Shown here in pieces: positions 18,800 through 28,034 of a DNA stretch of 64,000 nt. Within the stretch, counting starts at the first letter, position 1. Each line of letters starts with the position of its first letter. The notes under the pieces are model-generated. The model was not told the DNA's origin and searched no databases. It saw nothing but the letters and a program-made list of their open reading frames with translations. Position numbers and translations under genes: made by a program. Origin of the DNA: a virus; IMG/VR virus record IMGVR_UViG_3300042516_005631, positions 1 through 64,000 of that record. One strand, 5' to 3'.

Positions 18800-19801
18800 C
18801 TACCAAAAACCGCTAAAGTTTTTTGAACCTCCTAATTGTTTCCAATAACGACCGATTCTACATGACCAATATCGCGCTTTCGTACGATCAGTAGCTTGAG
18901 CACATTTATGTCGTTTAGCAAAAGCTTGTCTAGCTTTAGGATCATTAATTTTTACAGATAGGCCTGTTGTATCTCCAAAAGATACTTTTTTAATTTTACC
19001 TTTATTTCTAACGTAAACGTAGAATTTTTTAGATCCACCACGTTTTGGTTTTCCAATTGGTGGAGTTTTCTTTTTATCAACTTCGTTTAATGATCCATAA
19101 TAACGATGTCTTTTAGTATATGTATTTGATTTTGGATTCCAATACACTGCCCAAGTTTCATTTTCACCTTCGGGTGTTGTATCAAAAACATATCCACTTA
19201 ATCTTTCATCATCTCCAGGTTTTGTTTCATCAGGAGTATATTGAGTAGGGCGTTCTGGTTCTCTAGTAGTTCTATGGAGTGCGCTATATTCTCCTGTTTT
19301 AAGGTTTTTATAAACAGTCCATTGTTCTGTTTCTTTATTTGGGCCTGTTTCTCTAGAGATATAAGCATCTGGTTCTTCATCCTCTGTTGGGGCTCTTTCA
19401 TCAGAATAATATCTTTCTTCCTCTAACATAGGTAAATCTAAAGGTACTTTTTTACCTTCATACATTCCATATTCACCTAAATTAGTTTCAAGTAAAATTT
19501 CTTTATCGTCATCATTCACATGAATAATTTCACGTAAATATAAATAACGAGCTTCCGACCATAAATTAAGAAATGATTTAGAACCATATCGGAACGTGTT
19601 TTCGGTGAGTGGGAGTTTATTATCCACGTGATATCGCAGATTTTCCGACAATATATCTTTTTTAACTAAACTCTCATTTAGTACTACACCAGTATTACCT
19701 ACATTGTCACAATCGTGACATCCACAATTGCAAGAATCTTTTTTAGGTGGAGTAGATAGTACTTCTTTTATAAGTTGTCTTAAGCGTTCCATTTTATCCA
19801 A
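18800..19801 (-). CDS. Modular head-associated protein with internal duplicated domain and basic Cys/His C-terminal domain
   Basis: CNCGCHDC N-terminus, two ~55-aa repeats, C-terminal KFYVYV..KKVSFGD..FAKRHKC..ARYWSCR. Confidence 0.7.
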   Translation of the reverse strand: MDKMERLRQLIKEVLSTPPKKDSCNCGCHDCDNVGNTGVVLNESLVKKDILSENLRYHVDNKLPLTENTFRYGSKSFLNLWSEARYLYLREIIHVNDDDKEILLETNLGEYGMYEGKKVPLDLPMLEEERYYSDERAPTEDEEPDAYISRETGPNKETEQWTVYKNLKTGEYSALHRTTREPERPTQYTPDETKPGDDERLSGYVFDTTPEGENETWAVYWNPKSNTYTKRHRYYGSLNEVDKKKTPPIGKPKRGGSKKFYVYVRNKGKIKKVSFGDTTGLSVKINDPKARQAFAKRHKCAQATDRTKARYWSCRIGRYWKQLGGSKNFSGFW

Positions 19802-20789
19802 ATATTTTTCCGAAATCTAAATATATAGCACTTTGTTTAGCAGCAAAATTATCTAATAAATTTTCGTTATTTTCTATTTTCTCAAAATCTATTTTGAAAA
19901 ATTTAATACTACCATTTTTTAATACATTAGCTAAATACCCACCATTTCCTGGTTTTCTGCTTAGTTTAGATTCAACCATTTTATATGCCATAGCTTGGGC
20001 ACCTTCTTTTGCTTCAGTTGGATTACCTAATTGATTGTTTACTACATCTATATTTTGTTTAATAGTAGCAAATACATTATATTGGGAAGCTAATCTTTCT
20101 AAATCAGGAATACGTTCAAGTTCAAGTACTTGCTCAAATGCTGGGAGTAGATCTGTTCCTTTAAAATTGGTTGGGTTAATAGCGGGTCCTTCTTTTTTGG
20201 CACCTAGGGCTTCACTTAATGCTTTAATACCAAATATAATACTTAATAATTGAAGATTATCTCTATCTGTTCCAAAACGACCTAGACCAATTTTTCCAGT
20301 ATGGGATTTATATGCTTTAACTTCAACACCTTTTCCACCAATAAATAAATCTGGGTCATCGCCAGATCTACCTATTTTAACTTCAGTTCCTGAATATTGG
20401 TAGAGCCAATAAAGAGCGACTTCACCATTTCCAACACCTTTAGTTTCGCCTTCTTCTTCACCTTTTTTAGGTGGGGCTACATTATACAATTTATCAAATT
20501 CACTTTTATCTTCGGAACTTACTTGTTCCATAAAAGTTCCTTCTTTCATTGTATATTTTCCTCTAGGTTTAGGTATAGGTTCACCTTCTTTTAATCCTAG
20601 AGCTTTTCGAATTACACCATTATATATTTCTTCTTCTGTACCTTCATTAATAGATGTTGATTTTGGTTGTAAAGTAGCTTCATTTATTAGTTTATGAAGC
20701 AATTCAACATCTTTAGGATCCTTCATATCAGGATATCCTTTAGGAAACTTATAAGCTATACTATGTAAAAATTGTTCTAAAATATCCAT
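19794..20789 (-). CDS. Hypothetical protein with possible PD-(D/E)XK nuclease fold
   Basis: GNGEVAL...DDPDLFIGGKGVEVKAY. Confidence 0.6.
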   Translation of the reverse strand: MDILEQFLHSIAYKFPKGYPDMKDPKDVELLHKLINEATLQPKSTSINEGTEEEIYNGVIRKALGLKEGEPIPKPRGKYTMKEGTFMEQVSSEDKSEFDKLYNVAPPKKGEEEGETKGVGNGEVALYWLYQYSGTEVKIGRSGDDPDLFIGGKGVEVKAYKSHTGKIGLGRFGTDRDNLQLLSIIFGIKALSEALGAKKEGPAINPTNFKGTDLLPAFEQVLELERIPDLERLASQYNVFATIKQNIDVVNNQLGNPTEAKEGAQAMAYKMVESKLSRKPGNGGYLANVLKNGSIKFFKIDFEKIENNENLLDNFAAKQSAIYLDFGKIFG

Positions 20790-21262
20790 TATGCCTCTGG
20801 TGTTTCTTCTGCTGGTGGGGTTTCAGCTGGGGCTTCTTCTGTTGGTGGGGTTTCACCTCCTAGTTCAGCTTCTGCTTCTCCTCCTGCTGTTTCTTCTTCT
20901 TTTGTTCCGTATCTTAATATACGAGCAATAGCTTGTGCTGCTCTTTCTTCCTCGGGTAAATTAAGTAAATAATATTTTTTTCCTTCAACTTGAGCTATCC
21001 AACTACGTGTACCATAAATTAAATAAAATTCTTGTCCATTTTTTAAATTAATACGAAAAGTGGTAGGACGAGGTGATACCCAATCAATTGAATCTAGAAA
21101 ATTATCGTATTCATTTGTCAATAAATCAACTATAACTTTTTTAAGTTCAGGGAATTTAGTTAGCTCATCGTATTGAGCAGCTTCTTCAGGTGTTATCTTA
21201 TTTACAGTATACACCTGTTTAACTAAACCTCTGATTCTATTTTTAAGTTGATCGCGAGTCAT
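20789..21262 (-). CDS. Hypothetical protein with acidic Pro/Glu tail
   Basis: 157-aa ORF, TAATG-coupled. Confidence 0.7.
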   Translation of the reverse strand: MTRDQLKNRIRGLVKQVYTVNKITPEEAAQYDELTKFPELKKVIVDLLTNEYDNFLDSIDWVSPRPTTFRINLKNGQEFYLIYGTRSWIAQVEGKKYYLLNLPEEERAAQAIARILRYGTKEEETAGGEAEAELGGETPPTEEAPAETPPAEETPEA

Positions 21263-22149
21263 TATTTTTTATTGTTAAGTTTAGCTAAAATAGCTTCTTT
21301 AATTTTTGCTTTCATAGCCTGTGAAGTAGCAATTTTACCTGCTTTCTCATTAGACATACCTTGAGCTTTTAATGCATCATATATTTCACCACGTTTTTTG
21401 ATTTGTTTTTTAGACATTTCATCAATAGACACAGTATCTACCATAGCATCAATTTGAGGTTCTTTTAATTCAAATTCAAGATAATTTTTTGCACTACCTA
21501 ACATAGTACATGCTTTTGTAATTTTGGATTGCCACCAAGCTGGTAGATCAACTTCTTGTTCTGATTTATCAAATGGTTTTAGTAGATTATATAATGCAAG
21601 AGCATTTTGAGCAATTTTATAAAGTTCACCTTTAATCATGTGTGGTTCATCATCTTGATGGCCTAGATCTAGATCTTCTGAAATGGGCTCATCTGCAATT
21701 AATTCTTCCTCTGATTCGTATTCATCAATTACACCTTTACCTTTTAAAATATCAGCTTGAGTTACTTTACCATCACCTGTTAAATCAGGGAAAGATTTTT
21801 TCTTTTCATCTAGCGGTTTAGATAAAGCCGCTTGAATCATTTCTTTTAGTTTTTGTTCTTGATCCATTGGTTCTTCAGTTGGTTGCTCTTCTGTAGGTGC
21901 TTCTTCAGGTTGTTCAGCTTTTTTCTTTACTTGATTAACAGCAATTCCATAAGCATATAATTCACCATCAGCTCCTTTAGTACTATATAATTTATCTAAA
22001 CGAGTATTGATAATTGATTTAAATTTATCTAATATCTCTTGAGATTGTTCGGCAGTTGGGATAAAACCCTCATTTAAAGAACCAAAAGATCCAACGGGAG
22101 TTCCGTTGGATGTTTTGTTAATTGTTTTTTTGGCTCTTTTTTTTTGCAT
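21262..22149 (-). CDS. Modular probable internal head protein
   Basis: Multiple LxE sites, PDLTGDGKVTQADIL Ca-loop-like motif, LPAWWQSKITKA. Confidence 0.65.
   Translation of the reverse strand: MQKKRAKKTINKTSNGTPVGSFGSLNEGFIPTAEQSQEILDKFKSIINTRLDKLYSTKGADGELYAYGIAVNQVKKKAEQPEEAPTEEQPTEEPMDQEQKLKEMIQAALSKPLDEKKKSFPDLTGDGKVTQADILKGKGVIDEYESEEELIADEPISEDLDLGHQDDEPHMIKGELYKIAQNALALYNLLKPFDKSEQEVDLPAWWQSKITKACTMLGSAKNYLEFELKEPQIDAMVDTVSIDEMSKKQIKKRGEIYDALKAQGMSNEKAGKIATSQAMKAKIKEAILAKLNNKK
22089..22111 (-). terminator. Hairpin/terminator downstream of the Hc1-like gene, inside the 5' end of the next ORF
   Basis: ATCCAACGG-N5-CCGTTGGAT 9-bp perfect stem followed by CTTTT on minus strand. Confidence 0.5.
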
Positions 22150-22150
22150 T

Positions 22151-22324
22151 TTATGCCTCTTTGTCTTCTGCAGTTGAAGTTTTCTTGAATTCAGCTGCTA
22201 GTTTTTTAATTGTGTTAGCTGCACTACGTGCTCTACCACGAGCTGCTTTTGAAGATTTAGCATGGTTTGCCTCTAAATCAGCTACAGCAACTTTGATTGC
22301 TTCTAAAATTTCAGTTGTGTTCAT
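22151..22324 (-). CDS. Histone H1-like protein (Hc1 family, Bacteroidota type)
   Basis: Not in ORF track; MNTTEILEAIKVAVADLEANHAKSSKAARGRARSAANTIKKLAAEFKKTSTAEDKEA resembles the KAAxxRARK...EFRK pattern. Confidence 0.75.
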   Translation of the reverse strand: MNTTEILEAIKVAVADLEANHAKSSKAARGRARSAANTIKKLAAEFKKTSTAEDKEA

Positions 22325-22356
22325 AGATTTTATTTTATATAGATTTAATTAATTAC

Positions 22357-22806
22357 TTATTCCCCTCCACCAATGTATTCGCTAACGAAAAATTTAAGTG
22401 TGTTTCCTACTTGTGTTTCAAGTTTTTCATTATTCATACCTTTTGCAATTTTAAAGGCAGACATTAAGTGATCCATAAGTTCACCTTCAGTTCCCTCCAT
22501 ATCAGCAGCTACATCTTCTAAACCACCACCAGCGGCAGGTGCTTCTTCAGCAGGAGCGTCTTCTGCAGGTATTTCTTCAGTTGTGTCAGTTGTTTCAACA
22601 TCAGTTGTTTCAACATCTTCTACTTCCTCGTCTTTTTTCTTTTTAGCTTCATCTAGATCTTCTTCTCCACCTAATTCAGCTAAAATCATTTCACGAATTT
22701 TACCACGAAGATCTCCTTCACTTAAATTTTCTTTTTTTAATATTGGGTTTAAATTCTCAATAGCTTTACTTTCTTTTAAGAATTTTTTTAAATCAAAATT
22801 GTCCAT
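22357..22806 (-). CDS. Acidic probable internal head protein
   Basis: Leader MDNFDLKKFLKE; late motif at 22825-22833. Confidence 0.7.
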   Translation of the reverse strand: MDNFDLKKFLKESKAIENLNPILKKENLSEGDLRGKIREMILAELGGEEDLDEAKKKKDEEVEDVETTDVETTDTTEEIPAEDAPAEEAPAAGGGLEDVAADMEGTEGELMDHLMSAFKIAKGMNNEKLETQVGNTLKFFVSEYIGGGE

Positions 22807-22808
22807 TT

Positions 22809-23429
22809 TTATTTGTTATTTGGGTATAAATATTCGGAAAGTAATGTTCCTATCACTCCTACTTTTTGTCTTATAAAAATCCATTCAGGAGTTATAATAT
22901 TATGTTCATCAATAAATGAAATTCCCATCACACCTATTAAATGATTATTTAAATCATATAATCCAACCATACATAATGATTTTGTTTTAAATTGTGATGT
23001 TAATACATCAACACCAAATGTATTTTCTTCAATTTCTACATTTAAAATCTCAAGTTCTCCATTTTGATGGACTTGAGATAATGCTTTACCAAATAAAGAT
23101 ACTGGAATGTTTTGGAAGGTGGTTTGTAGTGGGGGGAGTACAGGGTTGTATTTTTCGTAAAACATAGAAAATTTCTGGATTGATTTTCCTGTTGGGTAAA
23201 AATGTCCACCGTTATGAAATTGGGCTATCCAAACTCGATCACAATTTAATTCTTGCATTATGTCCTCTAATTGATGATCAATTAAAGCACTTGCTTCTAG
23301 AGCTTCTGTCATTAAAGCACCTTTTTGGGATTTTTCCATTTTTAATTTGAACCAGTTAACTATGATGGGTCCTACAACAGCTGTGATTAACGCTACTAAT
23401 ACAGTTGTTAACATTGCAAAAGTTTCCAT
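22809..23429 (-). CDS. N-terminal TM plus GAF-like domain protein, possible T4 gpT-type holin
   Basis: TM MLTTVLVALITAVVGPII; DRVWIAQFHNGG...LIGVMGISF GAF-like pattern. Confidence 0.6.
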   Translation of the reverse strand: METFAMLTTVLVALITAVVGPIIVNWFKLKMEKSQKGALMTEALEASALIDHQLEDIMQELNCDRVWIAQFHNGGHFYPTGKSIQKFSMFYEKYNPVLPPLQTTFQNIPVSLFGKALSQVHQNGELEILNVEIEENTFGVDVLTSQFKTKSLCMVGLYDLNNHLIGVMGISFIDEHNIITPEWIFIRQKVGVIGTLLSEYLYPNNK

Positions 23430-24001
23430 TATTTTTTTAAAGAATTTAAGTGTTTAACCATCTCATCTAAAGCGTTTTGAGCACGCTCTTTATCTATTCC
23501 ACCAACCCATTTTTGAATTTCACCATTTTCAGAGACATAATTTTGATTTCCTTCTGAAAGGGTAGTTTCAAAATAACTTTTATATTCTTCTATTTGTTTA
23601 TCTATTTCAGCATTAAATGTAGAATTAATATAGTCTTGCCATTTACCTTCTACTTTAAGTTTAGTTTCAAATTTTGATCTACAATCTAGGCAATGCCCGT
23701 ATGACTTGAAATAAAATGGATCTAATTGTTTATCCATTATTTGTTTACAATCAGGACAAAATAAAGGAACTGCTGCTTTTTTAAATTTATCTAATTTAGT
23801 AATATTTTCTTTAATACCATCTCTAATGGTCCAGGTTTTTCCACCTTGTTCCCAAATATCACCTTCTTTGTGTTCTTCTTGAGTTTCACCGTTATAACCA
23901 ATTCCAACTGTAGTTCTATCACCATGTTTACCTTTGACTAGGTTACGGAGACGTTCTACATCTCGTTTTTGAAATTGTTTCTTTAAAACGTTATCTGACA
24001 T
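23429..24001 (-). CDS. Zinc-ribbon hypothetical protein
   Basis: HKEGDIWE..GKTWTI; CPDC...CLDC. Confidence 0.75.
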   Translation of the reverse strand: MSDNVLKKQFQKRDVERLRNLVKGKHGDRTTVGIGYNGETQEEHKEGDIWEQGGKTWTIRDGIKENITKLDKFKKAAVPLFCPDCKQIMDKQLDPFYFKSYGHCLDCRSKFETKLKVEGKWQDYINSTFNAEIDKQIEEYKSYFETTLSEGNQNYVSENGEIQKWVGGIDKERAQNALDEMVKHLNSLKK

Positions 24002-24524
24002 ATTTTTTTAATTGGTCAATGGTATTTGCTGCTGAGGTATGTAGGATTCCTATTCCTCCGGCTTCATTCCATCTATTAATTGTATCTTCTCTATCGTCTA
24101 TAAGTATACGATTTTTTGCTGAGAGTTCTTGTTTAAATCTAGCAGGTTTAAAGTAAATATTTTTCATTCCATCTAAGCGTTGAACCCACTCACGTTTTCC
24201 TTGTTTAGAACCAGGATCAATTGAAGGTGCAGTTAGAATATATGGGTTATATTGTTTAATATAATCCCAAAGTATTTGACCATCAGACATCCATGGTAAA
24301 TTAACCCAATAATCGTATTCTGTTAATCCTTTTTCTTCTAGACTTTTCTTTAATAAATTCCAAAACCCGTCTTTACCTTGTTCATTAGCGTGTTGAGTAG
24401 ATTTGCCAGTTAGTTCTTCATATCCTTTATCAAAATCAACTAATACACCATCCATATCACAAAAAATGATATATTTTGGTTTAATAGCTTCGTATAAATC
24501 TAGTAAATTGGGAGTTTTTTTCAT
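23991..24524 (-). CDS. HAD-family phosphatase, 5'(3')-deoxyribonucleotidase-like
   Basis: FCDMDGVLVDF, ILTAP, GKREW, ILIDDR, WNEAGGIGILH. Confidence 0.88.
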   Translation of the reverse strand: MKKTPNLLDLYEAIKPKYIIFCDMDGVLVDFDKGYEELTGKSTQHANEQGKDGFWNLLKKSLEEKGLTEYDYWVNLPWMSDGQILWDYIKQYNPYILTAPSIDPGSKQGKREWVQRLDGMKNIYFKPARFKQELSAKNRILIDDREDTINRWNEAGGIGILHTSAANTIDQLKKYVR

Positions 24525-24586
24525 TTTAAAGTTTATATAAATCTACAACAAGTCTTTTACTTTTTCAAGTAATTTTTTAATTAAAA

Positions 24587-25570
24587 TTAACTCCATTCAG
24601 TAATAGTATCTGTCCAATTTCTAAACATCATATTACCTTTTTCATATGCTTCACGTTCGATTTCAGGTAAATCACCTTCCTCGTTTGTGTTTTGGGTTGT
24701 AATATTTTGTAATTTACCATTACAGTTTTGTTCGTGGTGAATCATTTCATGTGCAAATGAACGCATTATATCTTTTGGATGGCGATCCATTGTGTAAAGT
24801 ACAATTGATTTTTCATTTGGATTATAATATGCTGTTTTACCAAAGAAATCTCTAGCATTTTCAACATCATCTTCTATAAATTTTACTTTAGGTAAAGGTC
24901 GAATATTCATTCCTTTACTTAACATGTATTGAATTAAAGAAGATAACATTGTAGGATAACTGAATTTGCTAGGTTCAGCATACATGATTTCTTTGATGGG
25001 AGTTTTGGTTAATATAGACCAAATCTTGTCTCTATCTTCATCAGACAATTCAGTAGGTAAATAACGTTGAAACGATTCATATTCACCATTTAAAACAGCT
25101 AATCTAGCGTTTGTGCCGCTTATGCGATCTCCTTCTTCTTCGCTTTTAATTACAATAGGTTCAAAGTTATCGTATTTTCCTTTTAAACTGTCAAAGCGTT
25201 TCAAATCACCCATGTCTTCCTCTCCTCTAATTCCTACTACAGGAAAGTAAAAACTTGTTGGGTCATTTTTAATAATTGAGCTTACATCTGTTATAGGGGA
25301 TGGTTTTTGAGAAATTTGGATTTCAACATTAGATGGTAAATACTTTTTGTAAATATCCCATATTTGTTCACTTTCCTCTTTTGTAATTCCATCTCTATCT
25401 TTATGTCCTATTAAAACAAGAGCTTTTGATATCTCAGGACGTTTTGCAATCTCGCTAACTAAATAAAAATGACCTAATGTGGGTGGTTTAAAACCACCAG
25501 GAATTAAAGCAATACCTTGTTTGGTTTCCTCTAATATGGGCTGTATGATTGATTTAACTAGTGAATTCAT
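24587..25570 (-). CDS. HIGH-type nucleotidyltransferase (cytidyltransferase/NMNAT-like) fused to a HExxH domain
   Basis: PGGFKPPTLGH, ISGTNAR; C-terminal RSFAHEMIHHEQ...EREAY. Confidence 0.82.
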   Translation of the reverse strand: MNSLVKSIIQPILEETKQGIALIPGGFKPPTLGHFYLVSEIAKRPEISKALVLIGHKDRDGITKEESEQIWDIYKKYLPSNVEIQISQKPSPITDVSSIIKNDPTSFYFPVVGIRGEEDMGDLKRFDSLKGKYDNFEPIVIKSEEEGDRISGTNARLAVLNGEYESFQRYLPTELSDEDRDKIWSILTKTPIKEIMYAEPSKFSYPTMLSSLIQYMLSKGMNIRPLPKVKFIEDDVENARDFFGKTAYYNPNEKSIVLYTMDRHPKDIMRSFAHEMIHHEQNCNGKLQNITTQNTNEEGDLPEIEREAYEKGNMMFRNWTDTITEWS

Positions 25571-26309
25571 TTACTTTATTTTTTGCTATATCAAACGTAT
25601 CAAATTCACGTTCTATATCTAAAAGTATTTTTATTTCTTGGTTTGTTTTTTCTTTTTCAGCTTTTGACTTTGCTAATTCCTCAGGTGATTTTAATTTTCC
25701 TACTGGTTGGGGAAATAATCGTTGGATTTTTTCAGGGTTAAAAGAAGTATCAACTTCATATCCTGGGGGGTCATTATTTATTATAATAATATTGTTTTCA
25801 AATGATTGTCTGTAGGTATCAATATTTTTTACTACACCTTCCCAACTTTTTAATACAGCACTTGTAGGTAAACTTCTACCACGTTGAGCGTTACGTTTTA
25901 AAGATGTCATAGGTGATACATAAATTAATATCATGAATGTATCGTATCCCATCGCCTCTAAATCTTCTTTCTTTTTAAGTAGTGGCCTTGAAGCAGCACC
26001 TGTACCATCAATTATGATGTTTTCTAAATTGGATAAAGCTTGGGTTTCTTTCTCTTTAGTTACTGCTCTAGCTTTTCCCATCAATTTAGCGGCAGTTGAT
26101 AGTTCTTCAGGTGACATTGAGGCAAAATCTTCTTTACCTAATTCTGTTTTTAAAAGTTCTTCATAAACATCATCTACGTTTATTACTTTAAATTTTTGAA
26201 GACCTAATTGATTAAGTATAGTTGTTTTACCAGATCCAGCAGGCCCAGCCATAAAAATAGCTTTAGGTTTTGCTTGAACCTCTTTAAGTAATTGAACCAG
26301 ACTTATCAT
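25554..26309 (-). CDS. P-loop kinase (zeta toxin/AAA_33/PNK-like)
   Basis: FMAGPAGSGKT, INVDD, IIIDGTG, SLKRNAQRGRSLP. Confidence 0.85.
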   Translation of the reverse strand: MISLVQLLKEVQAKPKAIFMAGPAGSGKTTILNQLGLQKFKVINVDDVYEELLKTELGKEDFASMSPEELSTAAKLMGKARAVTKEKETQALSNLENIIIDGTGAASRPLLKKKEDLEAMGYDTFMILIYVSPMTSLKRNAQRGRSLPTSAVLKSWEGVVKNIDTYRQSFENNIIIINNDPPGYEVDTSFNPEKIQRLFPQPVGKLKSPEELAKSKAEKEKTNQEIKILLDIEREFDTFDIAKNKVNEFTS

Positions 26310-26320
26310 ACTTATACATA

Positions 26321-27094
26321 TTACAAGTTTCGTTTAGCTACTGTTCTAAATTCAGTAAATACTGGGGAATGTGTTGGATTTTCTAGGTCAAATAAACGTT
26401 TTACTGTTTTAAAAATATCAATATTTTCCTCAAACGAACGAGTAGATTCAACTACTTCCCATCCTTTACCTTGCATTTTATCTTTTTTAGCTCCACGTTT
26501 TGAAGATTTTAACCATAAAATACCATAATGATCTATTTTTCTACCAAAACATTCTTCATAACATTGACCATAAACTGCAGTTTGGAGTTCATATGTTGTT
26601 TGTAGTTGATTAGATGTTTTTAAATCTAATAACCATAATTCACCATTAATTTCTACAATCAAGTCACACGTACCAGCTACTTTTAATACATCTGAAAATA
26701 AATGGACTTCGGTTTCAATTAATGTGGGTTTAATGGTTTCCCAAAATTCAACAAAACGTAAAAACATTTGCCAAACATCTGGATTATATTGGGGGCGACC
26801 TTTATCATCTAAAAATCTTAATTCTTCTCCATTTAAATAAGCTTCACATAACTCATGAACTTGAGTACCTTCTTCAGCTGCTTTTTTAACAATGTAATCA
26901 GATGCAAAACCAACTTGTTTAAGCCAATTTTCAAAGAATTTACCTTTTGGGTAATATCCCAAAACATATGTTACAGATGGATAATATTTTCCATTTCTTC
27001 TATAATAACGGGAATCAGGTAAGGTTATTTGTTGAGCGTCATCTGAAATTTCTAAAATTCGATCATAGGATTTTTTAATATTCCTTTTTTTCAT
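26321..27094 (-). CDS. PD-(D/E)XK exonuclease (Cas4/RecB-like)
   Basis: YPSVTYVL, GTQVH, AGTCDL, LLDLKTS, QTAVY. Confidence 0.88.
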   Translation of the reverse strand: MKKRNIKKSYDRILEISDDAQQITLPDSRYYRRNGKYYPSVTYVLGYYPKGKFFENWLKQVGFASDYIVKKAAEEGTQVHELCEAYLNGEELRFLDDKGRPQYNPDVWQMFLRFVEFWETIKPTLIETEVHLFSDVLKVAGTCDLIVEINGELWLLDLKTSNQLQTTYELQTAVYGQCYEECFGRKIDHYGILWLKSSKRGAKKDKMQGKGWEVVESTRSFEENIDIFKTVKRLFDLENPTHSPVFTEFRTVAKRNL

Positions 27095-28017
27095 ATAGTT
27101 AAAAGTTTTTTCTCCATTAAATTATATTGGGTTAATGGGGAAACTGTTTGTACAAGTTTTGTGAAATTTTCAAAACCCATTTCACTTGGGTCTTTTCCTT
27201 GCATCTCTACAAGATAAACTTCTTTTCCAATATCTAAAAGTTGCTCGCAAAAACCAAGGGCTTGTTTTAGAGCATCTGTGTCTAGGGCAATATAGATTTT
27301 TTGTACCTTAGAGGTAACAATTTTTTTCATTAAGTTAGATTGGATATTTTTTCCAAATAATGGAATAGCATTTCGTTTTATTGCTATTGCATCAAATGGG
27401 CCCTCACATAGTATAATTGGTAAATCCCAATTAATAAACAACTCAAACGGTATTATATCGCGAGACGTTTCTGGATTGCGGTATTTAGTGAATGGGTCTT
27501 TCTCGAATGATCTCGCGGTGAAATAATTTAATTTACCGTTGTTATCATATGATGGGATAACAATCATATTATTATATGGGCCTGAGTCGCAATAACCTAT
27601 ATTATATTTTAAAATATCTTGGTTAGATATATTTCTTTTTTTAAGATATACTAGAGCATGTCTTGCTGTAAGGTCTTTATTATGGATAAAGGTTTTAAAT
27701 TCTTTGGGAAGTTCTAAAATAGAGTGAACTATTTCTGTGTCTTCAATGGTAACGTTTTTTACTAGTTTTCCAAGTTCTTGAAAATATGTAGCATCAACTT
27801 GAACTTGTTTAAATAAACTTTTAATTGTTTTACCTCTTTTACCACAAACCCAACATTGCCAAGGGTTATTTCCTTGATTATTTTCAGTAAAATTAACTTC
27901 AAGTTTTGGTTTATGGTGATGGCAAAAAGGGCATGTGTATGCTTGATTACCACGAGCGGTACGTTTTCCTGTTCCTAAAACAGAGTTTACTAAATTAACT
28001 AGTAATTCATTTACCAT
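27091..28017 (-). CDS. DNA primase (zinc finger plus TOPRIM), T4 gp61/DnaG-like
   Basis: CPFCHHHKPKL..CWVC, ARSF, LCEGPFDA, IALDTDA, KDPSEM; start set at second Met. Confidence 0.92.
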   Translation of the reverse strand: MVNELLVNLVNSVLGTGKRTARGNQAYTCPFCHHHKPKLEVNFTENNQGNNPWQCWVCGKRGKTIKSLFKQVQVDATYFQELGKLVKNVTIEDTEIVHSILELPKEFKTFIHNKDLTARHALVYLKKRNISNQDILKYNIGYCDSGPYNNMIVIPSYDNNGKLNYFTARSFEKDPFTKYRNPETSRDIIPFELFINWDLPIILCEGPFDAIAIKRNAIPLFGKNIQSNLMKKIVTSKVQKIYIALDTDALKQALGFCEQLLDIGKEVYLVEMQGKDPSEMGFENFTKLVQTVSPLTQYNLMEKKLLTI

Positions 28018-28034
28018 GAATATAAGATACAACT

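Noticed and set aside
21733-21793. Dockerin or EF-hand domain (DLTGDGKVTQADIL)
   Set aside because: It is a single isolated loop without the second repeat, which is too little to call a domain.
25554-26309. Zeta toxin-antitoxin module
   Set aside because: No epsilon-like partner is evident, and the P-loop kinase fold alone does not imply toxin activity.
26321-27094. cas4 as part of a CRISPR system
   Set aside because: It is a solo PD-(D/E)XK exonuclease next to primase, with no other cas genes or array.
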